From positions 1,364,001-1,428,000 of the forward strand of contig NC_043019.1 in assembly GCF_006345805.1 (NCBI RefSeq): DNA of 64,000 nt. Reading direction: 5' to 3'. The notes beneath the pieces were generated by a model. It ran no database searches, had not been told where the DNA came from, and saw nothing but the letters and a program-made list of their open reading frames with translations. The translations under genes were made by a program, and so were the position numbers. Below are positions 62,025 to 64,000 of the stretch, in pieces (within the stretch, counting starts at the first letter, position 1; the number at the start of each line of letters is the position of its first letter). Origin of the DNA: Octopus sinensis. Taxonomy: Eukaryota.

Positions 62025-63600
62025 TCAGATTCTAATACACCTAGATACTTATAACTTTCTCCCCCTTTCAATGTTTTTACAGTTTTACAGTCTGATCATC
62101 TCGTGATTGGATGCCTTCGCTGTTGACTATTTCTCACCTTCTCATGACTTATATTGCACACATATCTATGCCAACTTCCATGCCTGTATCTTGCTGAAGA
62201 GTCTTACAGTCTGTATTTAGGAATCTAACTCTTTTCCATTCTTACTAAAAAGCTGCAGGTCATTCATGTAGATCAAATGGTTAATTTCTCCATTACTATT
62301 TCTGAACTGATACACTGCCTTTGCCTTCATTAATACTAAACAGAGGGAATTCAAATATAAGACAATTATTAAAGGGAACAACGAGTCCCCCTGCAAAATT
62401 CCTATTTTGATTTTAACTTTTCCTAAGAGTGTGTCACCTGAGTATAGATCTGCTTTCCATTTCTTTATGCTAAAAGCTAATTAATTCTCTTATGTTCTCT
62501 GCTATATTGAATATACTCAAACATTCACTTATCCATGAGTGTGGAATTATGCTATAGGCTTTCTTATAATCTGTCTATGCTACTGTTAGATTTTTCTTTC
62601 TAGCTTTTAGTTCATTTAGAACTCTTTTGTCTATATACTGTATAATAGATCATGTGTTCATTAAACATTTTTACTGAAACCTTTCTGTTCTTCTGATAGT
62701 GACCTTTGGTTATCAAGGCGCTCGTAAAATCTTTCTAAAAGCATTCCTTTTAACATGTTCCACACTAATGGTAAGTCAATTTCAGGTGCTCGTCTTGACT
62801 TTCTCTTCGAATTCTCTGAGGTATTTCCCATAAATCGTTTTCCTTTTCCAGTTGTATATTCTGTTCTTCATCTTGTTCGTTAAGTGTTTTGGAAAGTATC
62901 ACATTTTCTGAAGATGTCGTTTTACAATTTTCTAACAGCGACAAACGAATGTTCAGTCTACTCTTTGTCGAACCATTGTTTACGTCACTGACAACACAGA
63001 TCTTGCATCCCACGAGGACACTTTCTCTCTATCCGATGTGGATAGACAGCGGGCGCAGTCTATCCACATCGCTTGTTTTAGGTACAATTCCTTGTCTATT
63101 GTCATCACGTACCTGGATTTGGTCAAGTCCGTTCTTTATCAACCTAAAGCTGCTGCGCAGTATAGCATTAAGGAAACAACCCACGTATTCATTGCCTTGA
63201 CTTTGTTCTTTCCATTGATTATACTCTCCATAATTAATTTCGTTCTTCTGAGGTATTCTCGCATAAAGATTTCCTTCATCTTACTATCCTTGATTTTCTC
63301 AAATATCCCCAGAGATTGATATCCATTCATCTCAGTATACCTGATTCTCTCTCCATTTAATAGTTCTACACCATGAAACGCTACCTTGCCTTTTTTATAT
63401 GATAAACAAGCCACAGATTTTAATCCCAAATTCTATCCCGATATCATTACTGAATATCTGCAGTGCTCTCATATAAGACTATCTATTTCACTTTCGCTCT
63501 TACCGAAGATCAATAAGTCATCCGTATATAACAAATGATTAAAATTTTCCTCCTTGTTCGACCTGATTAGCCTTTATTGGACTCTCCGACACAGACTAAG
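62025..63600 (-). mobile_element. Two abutting R4/Dong-like RT fragments
   Basis: 62025-62770: EEQKGF...DKRVLNELKARKKNL..DYKKAYSIIPHSWISECL. 62770-63600: LLYTDDLL, ORF 63139-63429 GLKSVACL..KKGKV..G.EL.NGE....YQSLGI.E...MKE.F..EY.RR. Confidence 0.85.
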
Positions 63601-63709
63601 CAGGTCCAAACTTCGAAGTCATTGTCAGCACAATTCCTGTTATAAAACGCGTTGGTTAATTCTTCAGTTTAATGCGAATCGATACGTTTTTTTTTACATT
63701 TAAACGCAC

Positions 63710-63750
63710 TAGATAGATAGATAGTCAGACAGACAGACAGACAGACAGAC

Positions 63751-63781
<31 letters not shown>

Positions 63782-63786
63782 CAGAC

Positions 63787-63841
<55 letters not shown>

Positions 63842-63862
63842 AAGATAGATAGAGGGATAGAT

Positions 63863-63915
<53 letters not shown>
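63710..63915. repeat. (GATA)n/(GACA)n microsatellite
   Basis: Direct inspection. Confidence 0.95.
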
Positions 63916-64000
63916 TTCCAATTAGTCCGAGCTTTGCTTTAACAGATCTTCAGATTTCTCGTAGCTGGTCTACACAGGACAAAGAGCTGAAAGATTTAGG

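Noticed and set aside
841-63921. The large majority of ORF-track entries (YI, CV, HT, YLSI, poly-I/M/H/D runs)
   Set aside because: They are translations of (TA)n, (CA)n, (GATA)n, (ATT)n and (GAT)n tracts, open in several frames at once, with no domain content.
1-64000. CRISPR array or prokaryotic system
   Set aside because: No regularly spaced repeat-spacer array, operon structure or bacterial-type gene density; the CRE/CCAAT array has irregular spacing and lies inside a retroelement.

Overview
AT-rich eukaryotic DNA saturated with microsatellites and transposable elements; I can support no host protein-coding gene, rRNA, tRNA gene or CRISPR array. The repeat families (four tRNA-headed SINE types, mariner remnants, (TA)n/(GATA)n/(GAT)n seas) look like an octopod cephalopod genome; this is recognition from memory, not a database result. 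Most supplied ORFs are microsatellite read-throughs. The main real coding element is a near-complete Penelope-like retroelement (RT plus GIY-YIG endonuclease, Neptune-type Cys linker) on the minus strand at about 24.0-30.3 kb, with a 1.6-kb partial tandem pseudo-LTR. That repeat carries a five-fold CRE/CCAAT array, a TATA box and a candidate 5'-UTR intron. The window also holds at least six minimal type I hammerhead ribozyme motifs in several unrelated repeats. Two of them sit in a non-coding ~479-bp head-to-tail tandem at 4.3-5.4 kb, which has retrozyme-like architecture. Other contents: CR1/L2-type and R4-type LINE fragments, five mariner remnants, several fold-back palindromes, a templated duplication bracketed by a perfect 45-bp inverted repeat, a 1.9-kb inverted duplication and two tandem duplications. 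Differences between duplicated copies are mostly small indels, so some structures and frameshifts may be long-read assembly artefacts. Coordinates were counted by hand and may be off by a few bases.
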